Origin: an uncultured delta proteobacterium
Lineage (GTDB): Bacteria > Desulfobacterota > Binatia > UBA9968
Assembly: GCA_963816145.1 (NCBI GenBank)
Contig: CAWFJP010000003.1
Coordinates: forward strand, 384,001-448,000
Length of the DNA stretch: 64,000 nt
Reading direction: 5' to 3'
Shown here: piece by piece, positions 8,938-19,807 of the stretch
Layout: each line of letters opens with the position of its first letter
How positions within the stretch are numbered: the first letter of the stretch is position 1
Notes under the pieces: model-generated
Databases searched by the model: none
Told to the model about the DNA's origin: nothing
The model's input: only the letters and a program-made list of their open reading frames with translations
Made by a program: the position numbers and the translations under genes

Positions 8938-10968
8938 CTATTCGCGAATTCCCGCTAAATCCAAGAGAAATACATAACTGAACGCGGTTTCTTGATGGCG
9001 CCGGAACCGTCCCGAAGCACCGCCGTGGCCGGCTTCCATGTTAGTCTTGAGCAGCACAGGATTAGTGCCGATCTTGAGCTCGCGCAGTTTGGCCACCCAC
9101 TTGGCCGGCTCCCAGTACTGCACCTGGGAGTCGTGTAAGCCGCCGGTGATCAGCATCGCAGGGTAGTTTTTTCTAGCGACATTATCGTAAGGAGAATAGG
9201 ACAACATGTAGTCATAATACTCTTTCTTATTGGGGTCACCCCACTCGTCATATTCGCCGGTGGTCAGCGGGATCGAAGCATCGAGCATGGTCGTCACGAC
9301 ATCGACGAACGGCACTTCGGCGACGATGCCCTTGAACAAATCGGGGCGCAGGTTACTCACCGCCCCCATCAACAAACCGCCGGCGCTTCTGCCCATGGCG
9401 AAGAGTTTGTCGGGACAGGTAAACCCCTGTTGGATCAAATACTCGGCGCAGGCGATGAAATCGCTGAAGGTGTTTTTCTTTTTTAACAGCTTGCCATCGT
9501 CGTACCACCGCCGTCCGAGTTCCTGGCCGCCGCGAATATGGGCGATGGCGAAGACAAAACCGCGATCGACCAGACTCAAGCGCGGCGATGCGAAGGCAGC
9601 GTCGATGCTCGCGCCGTAGGAGCCGTAGCCGTAGAGCAGCGTCGGATTCATCCCATCTTTCTTCAGACCTTTGCGATAGAGCAGCGACAGCGGAATCTCC
9701 GTGCCATCGCTTGCCGCCGCATAGAGCCGCTCGGTGACATAGTCGTCCGGGTTGAATCCGCCCAGCACTTCTTCTTGCTTTAATAATGTGCGCTGGCGCG
9801 TCGCCATATCGTAGTCGTAAATCGACTGCGGCGTCTTCATCGAGGTATATCCGAAGCGGACGATCTTGGTGTCGAGCTCCAAGTTGACGCCGAGATCGGC
9901 CCGGTACGCCGGCTCGGCGAACTCCAAGTAATGCGCGCCGCTCCCCGACCAGGGCACGACGCGGATCTGCGTCAGGCCGCGCGCTCGTTCCTCCATAACC
10001 AGATAATCGATGAAAAGATCGAAATCACCGAGATAGACATCGTCGCGGTGTGGAATCAATTCGCGCCAGTGCTCGCGCTCCGGCTGGCTCACTTGTGTCG
10101 CCATCAAGCGAAAGTTCTTGGCTTGATCGTTGGTGCGGATGATGAAGCGGTCATCGATATGATCGACCTGATATTCATGACCGCGCGCCCGCGGCAGAAA
10201 CATTGTGAACTCACCGCGCGGCTGATCCGCGTCGAGGTAACGATACTCGTGCGAGATCGTCTGCGCCGACACCAGCATCAAATACTTCTTCGACTTGGTC
10301 TTGGATATGTAAACGCTGAAGGTTTCGTCGTCTTCCTGATAGACCAGCTGGTCGGTCGCCGGATCGCTGCCGACAATGTGCCGCCAGATCTGATGTTGGC
10401 GCAGCGTGGTCTCGTCCTGTTTGCCGTAGAAAAGCGTTCGGTTGTCGTTACCCCAAACGAGATTTTCCGTCACGGTCGGGATCACATCCGGCAGCAAAAC
10501 CCCGGTCGCAAGATTCTTAAAATAAGCCGTATGGATCCGCCGCCCCTGGGTATCGATCGCGTAAGCTAGCAGATCTTGTCCCGAACTCACCGCCGAACCG
10601 CCGATGGAGAAAAACTCGTGGCCCTGGGCTAATATATTGCCGTCGAGCATCACCTGCTCGGCCTCGTCCAATGAACCCTGCTTACGGCAATAGATCGGAT
10701 ATTCTTTGCCCGCCTCGAAACGGGTGTAATAGAAGTAATCGTCGCGCTTGTACGGCACCGACAAGTCCGTCTGCTTGATCCGGGCTTTAATTTCTTCGAA
10801 AAGTTTCTTCTCGAACTCCTGGGTATGAACCATCGCCTTGGCGGCAAAATCGTTTTCCTGGCTCAAATAGCGGATGACCTCGGGGTTGTCGCGCTCGCGT
10901 AGCCAATAGTAGTCGTCCACGCGCACATGGCCATGGGTTTCGAGCCTGGTTGGGATTTTTTTGACCAT
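8938..10968 (-). CDS. ptrB: Oligopeptidase B (S9A)
   Basis: DDYYWLR, YGYGSYG, catalytic GRSAGG, HDSQVQYWEPAKW, EAGHGG. Confidence 0.95.
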   Translation of the reverse strand: MVKKIPTRLETHGHVRVDDYYWLRERDNPEVIRYLSQENDFAAKAMVHTQEFEKKLFEEIKARIKQTDLSVPYKRDDYFYYTRFEAGKEYPIYCRKQGSLDEAEQVMLDGNILAQGHEFFSIGGSAVSSGQDLLAYAIDTQGRRIHTAYFKNLATGVLLPDVIPTVTENLVWGNDNRTLFYGKQDETTLRQHQIWRHIVGSDPATDQLVYQEDDETFSVYISKTKSKKYLMLVSAQTISHEYRYLDADQPRGEFTMFLPRARGHEYQVDHIDDRFIIRTNDQAKNFRLMATQVSQPEREHWRELIPHRDDVYLGDFDLFIDYLVMEERARGLTQIRVVPWSGSGAHYLEFAEPAYRADLGVNLELDTKIVRFGYTSMKTPQSIYDYDMATRQRTLLKQEEVLGGFNPDDYVTERLYAAASDGTEIPLSLLYRKGLKKDGMNPTLLYGYGSYGASIDAAFASPRLSLVDRGFVFAIAHIRGGQELGRRWYDDGKLLKKKNTFSDFIACAEYLIQQGFTCPDKLFAMGRSAGGLLMGAVSNLRPDLFKGIVAEVPFVDVVTTMLDASIPLTTGEYDEWGDPNKKEYYDYMLSYSPYDNVARKNYPAMLITGGLHDSQVQYWEPAKWVAKLRELKIGTNPVLLKTNMEAGHGGASGRFRRHQETAFSYVFLLDLAGIRE

Positions 10969-11063
10969 TAATCAACGCCTCCGTTGTACCCTCGAATGAT
11001 GCAAGAGAATCTTAAGGAATTTCCCTCAACAGCGCCAGTCGCCGGGAATTGGTTCGTATCCTC

Positions 11064-11219
11064 ATCATTCCCGCGCAGGGCCTGCCCCGGACTCGATCCG
11101 CGGCGGGAATCCGGGTGACGGTCAGCGTCCGTCATACCGTTGAAAAACGGTATCCAGTTGGGTGCTAGCGGAAAGCTTCTCCCGGTCAAAGATGGATGCC
11201 GGTTTCCACCGGCATGACG
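11064..11219. repeat. REP-like palindromes (TCATTCCCGC...GCGGGAATCC; GTCATACCG...GGTATCCAG; GGATGCCGG...CCGGCATGAC)
   Basis: Three GTCA/TGAC-bounded hairpins between divergent genes. Confidence 0.75.
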
Positions 11220-11358
11220 ACGTGAAGATCGCCGACTCAATCCCCGAACTAAGGGGCCAAAAGTTCGGTAATCAAGCGTAACTTTCGTTTGACAGCTTGC
11301 CGTCGGCGGCTTTACAAGAATTCCAGCGATGCCCGAACCGACGAGGAGGCAAATCACA

Positions 11359-12426
11359 ATGGCTATTATCGACGCCGACGCTCATGTCATCGAAACCGAG
11401 CAGACCTGGGAGTTCATGTTGGACGAAGAGCGGCGCTTCGCCCCGGAAGTCTTGATATCTAAAAAGAACGGCATCCAATTCTGGCGCGTCGACGACCGGG
11501 TCATCGCCAACTCCAACTTAGGGCTCAACGTCCCCGAAGATTCCCGCGACATGACCGATGTCGCCGCTCGCCTGGCACATATGGACGCGCTCAAAATCGA
11601 CATCCAGGTGCTCTACCCGACCCTTTTTCTTCGTCCGGTGACGGCGCGCACCGAAGTGGAACTGGCGCTCTATCGCGGCTACAACCGCTGGCTCGCGCAT
11701 ATTTGGAAGCTCGGCAACAACCGCCTGCGCTGGATCGTCCTGCCGCCGCTGCGTTCCATGGACAAAGCGCTCGAAGAAATAAACTTCGCCAAAGCCCACG
11801 GCGCCTGCGGCGTCTTCATGCGCGGCCACGAGGGCGAGTGGCTGCTCTCCGACCCGGCGCTGTTTCCGCTCTACCGCGAAGCCGAGAGGCTCGACCTGCC
11901 GATCTGCGTCCACGCCGGCACCGGAAGTTTCGGCTACTACGATCAGTATGGCCAGGATGTCTTCTCGCGCTTTAAGCTGCCGTCCGTCGGCGCGTTCAAT
12001 AATTTGATCTATCAAGGCGTGCCGGCCAGGTTTCCCCAACTGCGCTGGTCCTTTGTCGAGACCACCGCTCAGTGGTTGCCCTATGCGGTTAACGATCTCG
12101 TCATTCGGACCCAAGCCGAGCGCGAGTTCCAGCGTAATTACGCCGGCCATGTGCTCACCCAGGCGCGCCCCAAGGAGCGAACCATCGACACCGGCACCGT
12201 CCTGCGCGACAACCGCGTCTACGTCGCCTGCCAGACCACCGACGATCTGCCTTACGTCGCCGATTGCGTCGGTGAAGACCATATCACTGTCGGCACCGAC
12301 TACGGTCACGCCGACTATTCCAACGACATCGCAGCGATCCAAACTTTGGCGGAGGGCGGCAAGATCGGCGCATCGTTTGCCCGTAAGATTCTCGACGACA
12401 ATCCGAGGAAACTTTACGCCCTGTGA
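11359..12426 (+). CDS. Amidohydrolase family protein
   Basis: MAIIDADAHVIE, QVLYPT, PICVH, GTDYGH; GGAGG RBS; TTGACA at 11289. Confidence 0.92.
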   Translation: MAIIDADAHVIETEQTWEFMLDEERRFAPEVLISKKNGIQFWRVDDRVIANSNLGLNVPEDSRDMTDVAARLAHMDALKIDIQVLYPTLFLRPVTARTEVELALYRGYNRWLAHIWKLGNNRLRWIVLPPLRSMDKALEEINFAKAHGACGVFMRGHEGEWLLSDPALFPLYREAERLDLPICVHAGTGSFGYYDQYGQDVFSRFKLPSVGAFNNLIYQGVPARFPQLRWSFVETTAQWLPYAVNDLVIRTQAEREFQRNYAGHVLTQARPKERTIDTGTVLRDNRVYVACQTTDDLPYVADCVGEDHITVGTDYGHADYSNDIAAIQTLAEGGKIGASFARKILDDNPRKLYAL

Positions 12427-12503
12427 GACAAGCCTGAAGTGCCGGCCTGCGCGCCAGCCCTTGCCGGGAATTTGGGAATTCCGTGATCGCCCCTTCGCGC
12501 GCA

Positions 12504-13289
12504 CTAAAAGAGTTCGCCCTCGTCCTTGCGTTCATCGCGCGGTCGCCAGCGCAACAGGTAGGATTCGGCCCTGGTGATCACTTCGTTGCACAAGACCACC
12601 ACCATAGCGAGGACGAAGATGCCGCCCAAAGCGCCGGAAGTGGAAAATAGCGACGTGTTGTAATTGATCAAATAACCCAAGCCCTTGCTGGCGGCGATGA
12701 ACTCGCCAACCACGGCAGCGACGATGGCGTAGGGCAAACTGATCTTCAGCCCGGTCGTGATCCAAGGCACGATCGACGGCAATGTCACTTTCATCAAAAT
12801 CTGCCGCTCGCTGGCGCCCATGATGCGCAAAATGTTTTTGAGTTCGGCGTCGACGCCTTTGACGCCGGCGAAGGTGTTAAAAAAAGTCAGAAAGAACACC
12901 ACGCTGATGACCAGTATCACCTTGGACATCGGCCCGATGCCGAACCAGATGATGAACAGCGGCGCCAGCGCGATGCGCGGAATACCGTTGAAGGCGACCA
13001 CGTAGGGATCGAGGATCTGCGCCAGCACTTCGCGCCGGCCCAGCGCAAAGCCAAAGCCGATGCCAAAAATCGCCCCGATGAAAAAACCGCTGAAGGTTTC
13101 GTACAGGGTGATCGCGAGATGGCCGTAAATCGAGCCGTCGGCGAACACGCCGTAGAGATATTTGAACACCGCCGACGGACTCGACACCCAGAAGGGATCG
13201 ATCAGTCTGCCGGCACTAAATTCCCAAAAAGCCAACAGCGCCAAGCCAAACACCACACGATAGAGAAACAGTCGGCCGCGGCTGATCAT
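12504..13289 (-). CDS. ABC transporter permease (NitT/TauT family)
   Basis: IPRIALAPLFIIWFGIG, EAA-like loop (MGASERQILMKVTLP), VVGEFIAASKGLG; ATG 13289 overlaps the upstream stop. Confidence 0.93.
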   Translation of the reverse strand: MISRGRLFLYRVVFGLALLAFWEFSAGRLIDPFWVSSPSAVFKYLYGVFADGSIYGHLAITLYETFSGFFIGAIFGIGFGFALGRREVLAQILDPYVVAFNGIPRIALAPLFIIWFGIGPMSKVILVISVVFFLTFFNTFAGVKGVDAELKNILRIMGASERQILMKVTLPSIVPWITTGLKISLPYAIVAAVVGEFIAASKGLGYLINYNTSLFSTSGALGGIFVLAMVVVLCNEVITRAESYLLRWRPRDERKDEGELF

Positions 13290-14299
13290 TTCGTCAAGAA
13301 GTCGTTGTTGACCAGTTCGGCGTAGGGCGCGCGCTTCTTGAGAATGCCTGCCTGTTCGAGAATATCCTGGGTGATCTGGAAGCTTTTTTCGCTGGTCCTC
13401 CCGTCGCTGCTCAATGTCGGCAGCACCGCCTTGACCCCCGCCAGGAGGAGATCGGGAGCGATCGCCGCCATCGATGGCTTGAGCGCCTCGGCCACTTGCT
13501 CCGGTGTGCTCTTGAGCGCCCACTGATTCGCGCGCGTCAACGCGCGCACCGTGCGGCGCACGGTGTCTTGATCCTTCGCTGCGGTCTCCGGCCGCACGAT
13601 CAAGTTCTCCATCAAAAACTCCGCGATCGACGGATCTTCGCCTTTGGCGTTGTTGATGAAAAGTATCGCGTAGCCGCGGGCAATTGCCGTGTCAGGCGTC
13701 GGTGGCGCTGTCAGTGCCACATCCACCTTGCGATTTTCCAACGCCGCGAGCCAGGTCGGGCCGGAACCGATGGCGATGGTCTGGGCATCGCTCTGCGGAT
13801 TGAGCCCGGCCTTGCGCACGACGAAGCTTGCCAGATGCGCCGTCAGCGCGCCAGCGTTGGTCACGCCGATGGTCGTGCCCTTGAGCGCCTTGATTTTCTC
13901 CGCCAGTGGCGTCGCTTCGGTGATGCCTTTGGACTTCGCCGCGTCCTTGTGCATCGCCCAATTGATGAAGAGCTTATTCAGCCCGCTCATCACCATGGTC
14001 AGCCGTTTGCCTTCCTGGTGCGCCAGGATGACATTGTCGCCGGTGGTAAAACTAAAATCGACGTCGCCGGCGATCAGCGCGCGAATATCCGGCCCGCCGC
14101 CGTTGGTCGAATTGACTTCGACATCGAGTTTTTCATCGGCAAAATAATTGCGGTTCTGCGCCAAGAAAACCGGCAGCATCGAGTGGGCGATGACCGGAAT
14201 CGTCATTTTGATCTTCTTGAGGGACTGAGCCTCGGCCATGCCATAAACGCCGACGAGGCCGACAAGCAGGACGAGAGCGCTATTCACTAACCGTTTCAT
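13286..14299 (-). CDS. ABC substrate-binding protein (NMT1/THI5/SsuA family)
   Basis: Signal peptide AEAQS; YFADEKLDVE; operonic with permease and ATPase. Confidence 0.92.
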   Translation of the reverse strand: MKRLVNSALVLLVGLVGVYGMAEAQSLKKIKMTIPVIAHSMLPVFLAQNRNYFADEKLDVEVNSTNGGGPDIRALIAGDVDFSFTTGDNVILAHQEGKRLTMVMSGLNKLFINWAMHKDAAKSKGITEATPLAEKIKALKGTTIGVTNAGALTAHLASFVVRKAGLNPQSDAQTIAIGSGPTWLAALENRKVDVALTAPPTPDTAIARGYAILFINNAKGEDPSIAEFLMENLIVRPETAAKDQDTVRRTVRALTRANQWALKSTPEQVAEALKPSMAAIAPDLLLAGVKAVLPTLSSDGRTSEKSFQITQDILEQAGILKKRAPYAELVNNDFLTK

Positions 14300-14321
14300 A
14301 GGCGAGTCTCCTTATCTAAAT

Positions 14322-15098
14322 CTACGCTTCGGTCAATATTACTTCCGGGCGCAATTGTTGCCATAGCCGTTCGTAGACCGCGCGAAACTGTTCGCTTTCG
14401 TGGATTTTGAAAACATCGCGCGGTCGCGGGATCATCACGCTCTCGATCAACTTGATCCGGCCTGGACGAGACGACATCAATACCACACGGTCGGCCAGGG
14501 TAATCGCTTCGATCAGATCATGGGTGATAAATACGATCGTCTTCTTCGATGCCGACCAGAGCTGGAGCAACTGATCCTGCAAGACGATGCGCGTCTGCGC
14601 GTCGAGCGGACCGAACGGCTCGTCCATGAGAATCAACTCCGGATCGTAAATCAGCGTGCGGATGATATTGGCGCGCTGGCGCATGCCGCCGGAAAGTTCG
14701 TGGGGATAATGCGTTTCGAAGCCGGCCAGGCCGACTTGCTCGATAAAATCTTGAGCTCTCGTCCTGCGTGCATTGGCGTCGACACCACGAATTTCCAGTG
14801 CGATTTCGACGTTTTCCATCAACGTGCGCCAAGGGAGTAAATTGTCTTTTTGCGTGACGTAACCGATCTTGGTGCAGATCCCGTCGATACGCGCGCCGTT
14901 GAAGTTAATCTGTCCGCTACTCGAGCGCATCAAACCGACGATCAAATTGAGCAAGGTGGATTTGCCACAGCCTGACGGCCCGACGATGGTGACAAACTCC
15001 CCCTCGGCGATGTTCAAGTCGATGCCTTCGAGAGCGACGACTTGTTTGCCCCGCGAGCGGTATTCTTTGCTGACACCTTCGATAGCCAAGAACGACAT
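14322..15098 (-). CDS. ABC transporter ATP-binding protein (NitT/TauT family)
   Basis: Walker A GPSGCGKS, LSGGMRQR, ILMDEPF, ITHD. Confidence 0.96.
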   Translation of the reverse strand: MSFLAIEGVSKEYRSRGKQVVALEGIDLNIAEGEFVTIVGPSGCGKSTLLNLIVGLMRSSSGQINFNGARIDGICTKIGYVTQKDNLLPWRTLMENVEIALEIRGVDANARRTRAQDFIEQVGLAGFETHYPHELSGGMRQRANIIRTLIYDPELILMDEPFGPLDAQTRIVLQDQLLQLWSASKKTIVFITHDLIEAITLADRVVLMSSRPGRIKLIESVMIPRPRDVFKIHESEQFRAVYERLWQQLRPEVILTEA

Positions 15099-15106
15099 TT
15101 TGATTG

Positions 15107-16102
15107 TTACGGCGTGATCTGCGCGACGGCGGCGCCGATGCCATCTAAAGAAGTCTTGCCATTGGTGTCCAGATTATCTCCGCGGGGGGTGTCGTTATTA
15201 CTGATGTACGCTGTGCCACCCGCAAACACGATGGCGGTGGGAAATTCCAGCGGCCCCTTGTTGGCGTTCTTCGCGATTTCCTGGACCTTGCCGTCGGGCG
15301 TTACCATGACAAGCGCATTCCTTTCATTGGCTGTAATGCAAAGCCGGCCGTTCCGATCGAATTCCAAACCATCGGCCCCTTCCAGCAGAGAACTCTGCGT
15401 TAGCAGAATCGGATTACCGGCGCGTCCGTCGTCAGCGAACGCGACTTTCCAGATCGCGCCGCGAGCGGTGTCGGTAATATAAAGTATCCCGCTAGCATCG
15501 AACACTATGCCATTCGCGACTATGGGCTGTTGGGTTTTACCATCGGGCAAGATTCGCGTATGGAGCTCGACTTGGAGCACAACGTCAGCTCGGCCGCCAG
15601 CAGGCCCGACGCGGTAGATTCGTCCATTTCTGGCGCCGGTTGCGTAGAGATTTCCCTTGCGGTCGAAGGCGATTCCGTTAGCCCCTTCGGTATCGGTTGC
15701 AAACGTTTCGCCAATCCCAGGTTTCTCGGGATTGATATCTGCTCTCTTGAGCCGCACAACCTCACTGAAGGGGTCACAGGCAACGAACAGATCACCCTGC
15801 GAGTTAAACGCGATGCCTCGGCCTTCGCCGCGGACACTTTTCCCCGCGATCTGACGGTTTGCAATGCGACCGACGACAACCGGCTTCGTCGCCCTTGGGT
15901 CCACGCGTAGGATATTTCCCGTGACCCAATCAGCCAGGTAAAGCTGTCCCTGTTGATCGGCCGTGATACTCTCGACGATCACCGTGCGGTCCGTGCTCGC
16001 CGGATCGAGATCGACGAGTATCGAAACCGCCGGGCTCCCCATCTGCATGGTCGCACAGCCGCATAAACCGAACGCCAATGCCCACGCCCACATCGCTCGC
16101 AT
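15107..16102 (-). CDS. SMP-30/gluconolactonase-like beta-propeller lipoprotein
   Basis: Lipobox-like LCGC; repeated NGIAFD/DGLEFD blades. Confidence 0.8.
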   Translation of the reverse strand: MRAMWAWALAFGLCGCATMQMGSPAVSILVDLDPASTDRTVIVESITADQQGQLYLADWVTGNILRVDPRATKPVVVGRIANRQIAGKSVRGEGRGIAFNSQGDLFVACDPFSEVVRLKRADINPEKPGIGETFATDTEGANGIAFDRKGNLYATGARNGRIYRVGPAGGRADVVLQVELHTRILPDGKTQQPIVANGIVFDASGILYITDTARGAIWKVAFADDGRAGNPILLTQSSLLEGADGLEFDRNGRLCITANERNALVMVTPDGKVQEIAKNANKGPLEFPTAIVFAGGTAYISNNDTPRGDNLDTNGKTSLDGIGAAVAQITP

Positions 16103-16187
16103 GACAATCCCCCATTTTGGGTTCACGGGATTTTGAATTATTCGCTCACCAATGAGCAACAAGCCCGGTTGAATTACCGCGTCATTG

Positions 16188-17168
16188 CTAAACTTGCAAG
16201 GCTTTTTTCGCATTGGCGCCGAGAATGTCCGCGCGTGCGGCGTCGCCGATATCCAGCTGCATGACTTTATTTACCGAATCGAAGTCACCCATCGCCATCG
16301 GATAGTCAGTGCCGATCACCACCCGGTCAGCGCCGACCACGCGAACTAGATAATCCAGCGCCGCCACCGAATGCACGATCGTGTCGAAGTACAGCCGCTT
16401 CAAGTACTCGGAAGGTTTCCGCGGCAACCGCTTTTGCAGATCTGCCCGCAAACCATAGGAATGATCCAAGCGCCAGATATTGAACGCCAACAGACCGCCG
16501 CCATGGGACAAGCACAAGCGCAGATTGGGATACTTCTCGAACATGCCCTTGAGAATAATCCGCTCGACCATCATCGTCGTGCGAAAGGTGAATTGGAGAA
16601 CGTTGCCAAGAATCGGTGACAGCGGATCGTCGGCATCGAGCCCGCCTTCGAGGGGATGGACAAACAGCAACAGCTCCAATTCCTGCGCGGCTTGAAAGAA
16701 CGGCTCGAAGTTCGGATCGTCGAGCGGTTTGTCCCCCACCGCATTGCCGATCTCCAGCCCCTTGAGGCCCATGCTCTTGGCTTCCTTGGCGATGGCGATG
16801 GATTCGGGAACGCTTTGCAGCGGCACACTACCGAAGCCAATGAACCGATCTGGATGCTTCTTTACGACCGCTTGAATCGCTTCATTCTGCCGCCGTGAGA
16901 AATGCGCCGCCACCGCGGCGTCTTCCCAGTAGAATAAAAGTATCGGCGAAGGGGAAATCGCCTGCATGTCGATTTTCATGTCGTCGAGCGCTTTGATCCG
17001 CGCCGCAGGATCGTAAGCCCCGGCCCCCAGCCCCGGCCGCGAGCCGATCTGCGAGGTCACCGACAGCTTGCCGTCATTTAGAACTAATTTCGGCGCGCGG
17101 TTTTCGAACTTGCCGGGATTCTGCAGTGCATCGACCGGAAAGAAATGAGAATGCAAATCGATGTTCAT
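16188..17168 (-). CDS. Amidohydrolase family protein (ACMS decarboxylase-like)
   Basis: IDLHSH, FVHP, SHGGG, YFDT, GTDYP. Confidence 0.92.
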   Translation of the reverse strand: MNIDLHSHFFPVDALQNPGKFENRAPKLVLNDGKLSVTSQIGSRPGLGAGAYDPAARIKALDDMKIDMQAISPSPILLFYWEDAAVAAHFSRRQNEAIQAVVKKHPDRFIGFGSVPLQSVPESIAIAKEAKSMGLKGLEIGNAVGDKPLDDPNFEPFFQAAQELELLLFVHPLEGGLDADDPLSPILGNVLQFTFRTTMMVERIILKGMFEKYPNLRLCLSHGGGLLAFNIWRLDHSYGLRADLQKRLPRKPSEYLKRLYFDTIVHSVAALDYLVRVVGADRVVIGTDYPMAMGDFDSVNKVMQLDIGDAARADILGANAKKALQV

Positions 17169-17232
17169 TTTGATTTCAACTCTTTCTTTGATCCGACCTT
17201 TGCACCTTTGCGAGAGATATTCCGTGTTCGGA

Positions 17233-18204
17233 TCATCGCAACCCGATCTCCTTCAACGCCTGGCGCAGATAACTCTGATCGACATACTTCTCCGGACTGG
17301 GAATCGGCCCTTTTAAATTATTCTGTTCGGCATAGATGTCGACCACAGTTTTTAGGCCGTCCATCTCGACTTCTAATTCCGGATGCCAAGCCGGCGCGGC
17401 GAGATAATAATCCAAACCTTTCTCCGCCAAAGCCGGTGTCAGTTGGAACTCTTTCGCCAAGTACTCGATCGCCGCTTTGCGGTCCTGCTCGAACCATTTT
17501 TTCGCCCGCACCACTCCCTTGAGGAAACGCACGACCAAGGGGCGATTCTTTTCCGCCCAGCTGCGCCGCACCGAAAAAGCCGACAGCAAGTAATTGGGAA
17601 AGACATCGACCATGCGGCCGATCAAGTTGAAGCCCAGATCCTGCGCTTGAAAAGAATAGGGCACCGCCATCATCGACGCCGCGGTTTGGCCCGCGTTCAT
17701 GGCCAGAAACGCCGGGGTGGTGCCGCCGACGCTCAAGAGTTTGTAATCGCGCGGATACTCGAGCCCCTTGAGCTTGAGCGCCCGGCGCAGCACAAAGGTT
17801 GTTCCCGAGGTCAGAGTCGACGACCCGATGGTCGAGCCGCGCAGGTCTTCGTAGGTCCGGTAATTCTTCGCCCCTATCAGCATATGGGTGAGCTTGCTGC
17901 CGCTGGCGACCATGACCAGATCGGCGCCCTGCTCCACCGCCGTGATCGGCCCGTCGTTGGCGAGCAACGCCGCCGAAATCGAGTTGGCGATCAACGCCTG
18001 CACCGCCGGCGCCGTGCCGCGCATGAGCACGACGTCGACGTCGAGTCCTTCCCTCTCAAAATAGCCGCGCCGCCAGGCCGCCCAAAGCGTGCCGTAACCA
18101 AGCACTTTGGACGAAACCCCAACCGGAAATTTGACCCGCTCCTGGGCAAACCCCGAGGACGCCAAGAACATTCCAATCAAGACCAGCCAGCAAGCTCGCT
18201 TCAT
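17233..18204 (-). CDS. ABC substrate-binding protein (NMT1/THI5 family)
   Basis: Signal peptide GFAQE; GYFEREGLDV; DLRGSTIG. Confidence 0.9.
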   Translation of the reverse strand: MKRACWLVLIGMFLASSGFAQERVKFPVGVSSKVLGYGTLWAAWRRGYFEREGLDVDVVLMRGTAPAVQALIANSISAALLANDGPITAVEQGADLVMVASGSKLTHMLIGAKNYRTYEDLRGSTIGSSTLTSGTTFVLRRALKLKGLEYPRDYKLLSVGGTTPAFLAMNAGQTAASMMAVPYSFQAQDLGFNLIGRMVDVFPNYLLSAFSVRRSWAEKNRPLVVRFLKGVVRAKKWFEQDRKAAIEYLAKEFQLTPALAEKGLDYYLAAPAWHPELEVEMDGLKTVVDIYAEQNNLKGPIPSPEKYVDQSYLRQALKEIGLR

Positions 18205-18396
18205 CGAAGCCCCCTTGATCCACAACGATAGACGGGAATCGAGACAGATCAACAAACCGGCTGCCTTGTAACATGTTCAAATCGAGTTGGAAACTGAAAT
18301 TTGTGCCGCATACTTACACTGCGGAGTTCGTAACCGCCGCGGAATCTTGATACAAGAAAGAAAGCGGGAGCAAAGCCAACTCTTTCCTAAAGCCCA

Positions 18397-19668
18397 ATGG
18401 ACGAAGAAGTCATAGAACCAACCGCAGCGCCAATCACTGATAAGCCCGATACGGCCCGCTTCCGCACCTTCGCCTCGCTGCGCCATGCAGACTTTCGCTA
18501 TCTCTGGACCGGCACGGTGATGATGAGCGCCGGCCAGTGGGTGCAGCAGGTAACGCTCGGCTGGCTGATCTACGACCTCACCGGCAATTCCGTGCTGCTC
18601 GGCGCCCTCAACGGTCTGCGCGCGCTGCCGTTCTTGGTAACTGGACCGATGGCGGGTGTCGCCGCCGATCGCATGGATCGGCGCAAACTTCTAATCGGCA
18701 CCCAATGGGTGCTGATCGCTACTGCGATCTTATTTGGTGCCCTGGTTGCGTCGCCCTATTTGCAGGTCTGGCATATCTTTGCGTTCACTTTGGTCACCGG
18801 CGTTGCCTGGACGATCACCGAACCCGTGCGCATGAGCCTGATACCGAGCTCCGTGCCGAAGGACGAATTGGCCAACGCCGTAGCGCTCAACTCCGGCGGC
18901 TTTAACATGATGAAGGTGATGGGGCCGGCGCTCGGCGGCGCGCTGATCGCATGGGCCGGCGCGGCGGAAAATTTTTTCGTCCAAGGGGTCGCCTACGCCG
19001 GCGTCCTGACGATGATTTACAAAATGTATGTGCCGCCGCAGCGCGCCGAGGCGAAGCACACGTCGGCCATGGCAAATCTCAAAGAAGGCTTCGCCTACGT
19101 CTGGTCGACTCCGGCGGTCCTGGCGTTGATGACGTTGGCCTACATCCCGCGGATTTTCGCCGTACCGTATCAAACGCTGATGCCGGTGTTCCAAAAAGAC
19201 GTGCTCAAGATCGGTCCGGAAGGTTTGGGTATGCTAATGGCGGCGCCTGGCGTCGGCGCGGTGATCGCGATTCTCGTTATCGCGTCGATGAGCCATCGGA
19301 TCAAGCGTCAAGGCCGATTTCTGATCGCGTGCGTCATCGGCCTCGGTACATTCATCATGATTTTTTCGCAAATCACTTGGTTCCCGCTAGCCTTGGCGAC
19401 TTTAGTCGTGGTCGGCATGTTTCAAATGTTTTATCTCGCCAGCACCGCCACCATGCTGCAATTGATTGTCCCCGATGAACTGCGCGGCCGGGTGCTCAGC
19501 CTGTACATGCTCGACCGCGGCTTCATGCCCCTGGGCGCGCTGTTCGCCGGCACATCCGCTCACTTCCTCGGCGCGCCAACGACCGTCGCCATCATGGGCG
19601 CCACCGTCATCACCCTCGCCGCCTTGGTCGCCTGGCGCATCCCGGCGATCCGGAAGTTGAAATCGTAA
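18397..19668 (+). CDS. MFS transporter
   Basis: About 12 TM segments; GVAADRMDRRKL; VPDELRGRV. Confidence 0.93.
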   Translation: MDEEVIEPTAAPITDKPDTARFRTFASLRHADFRYLWTGTVMMSAGQWVQQVTLGWLIYDLTGNSVLLGALNGLRALPFLVTGPMAGVAADRMDRRKLLIGTQWVLIATAILFGALVASPYLQVWHIFAFTLVTGVAWTITEPVRMSLIPSSVPKDELANAVALNSGGFNMMKVMGPALGGALIAWAGAAENFFVQGVAYAGVLTMIYKMYVPPQRAEAKHTSAMANLKEGFAYVWSTPAVLALMTLAYIPRIFAVPYQTLMPVFQKDVLKIGPEGLGMLMAAPGVGAVIAILVIASMSHRIKRQGRFLIACVIGLGTFIMIFSQITWFPLALATLVVVGMFQMFYLASTATMLQLIVPDELRGRVLSLYMLDRGFMPLGALFAGTSAHFLGAPTTVAIMGATVITLAALVAWRIPAIRKLKS

Positions 19669-19803
19669 TTGAACGGGTTCAAGCCTTTCAAACAGTTCAA
19701 ATCGTTCAAGCCGTTTTTGCGGTTCCGGTCGGTTCCCGGCCCGACTCCGGAAACGTTTTGAACGGCTTGAACGAAGCGAAGCGATTGAACGATTTGAACG
19801 CGT
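19669..19803. repeat. GTTCAA/TTGAAC 9-mer-arm inverted element
   Basis: Four GTTCAAnnn-type units, a spacer, then ttgaac units; lies between convergent genes. Confidence 0.8.
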
Positions 19804-19807
19804 TAAG

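Noticed and set aside
10968-11357. 129-aa minus-strand ORF upstream of ptrB
   Set aside because: It is mostly a translation of REP-like palindromes and overlaps the divergent promoter.
13290-13523. N-terminal extension of the permease ORF
   Set aside because: It overlaps the SBP gene; the ATGA-coupled start at 13289 gives a normal-length permease.
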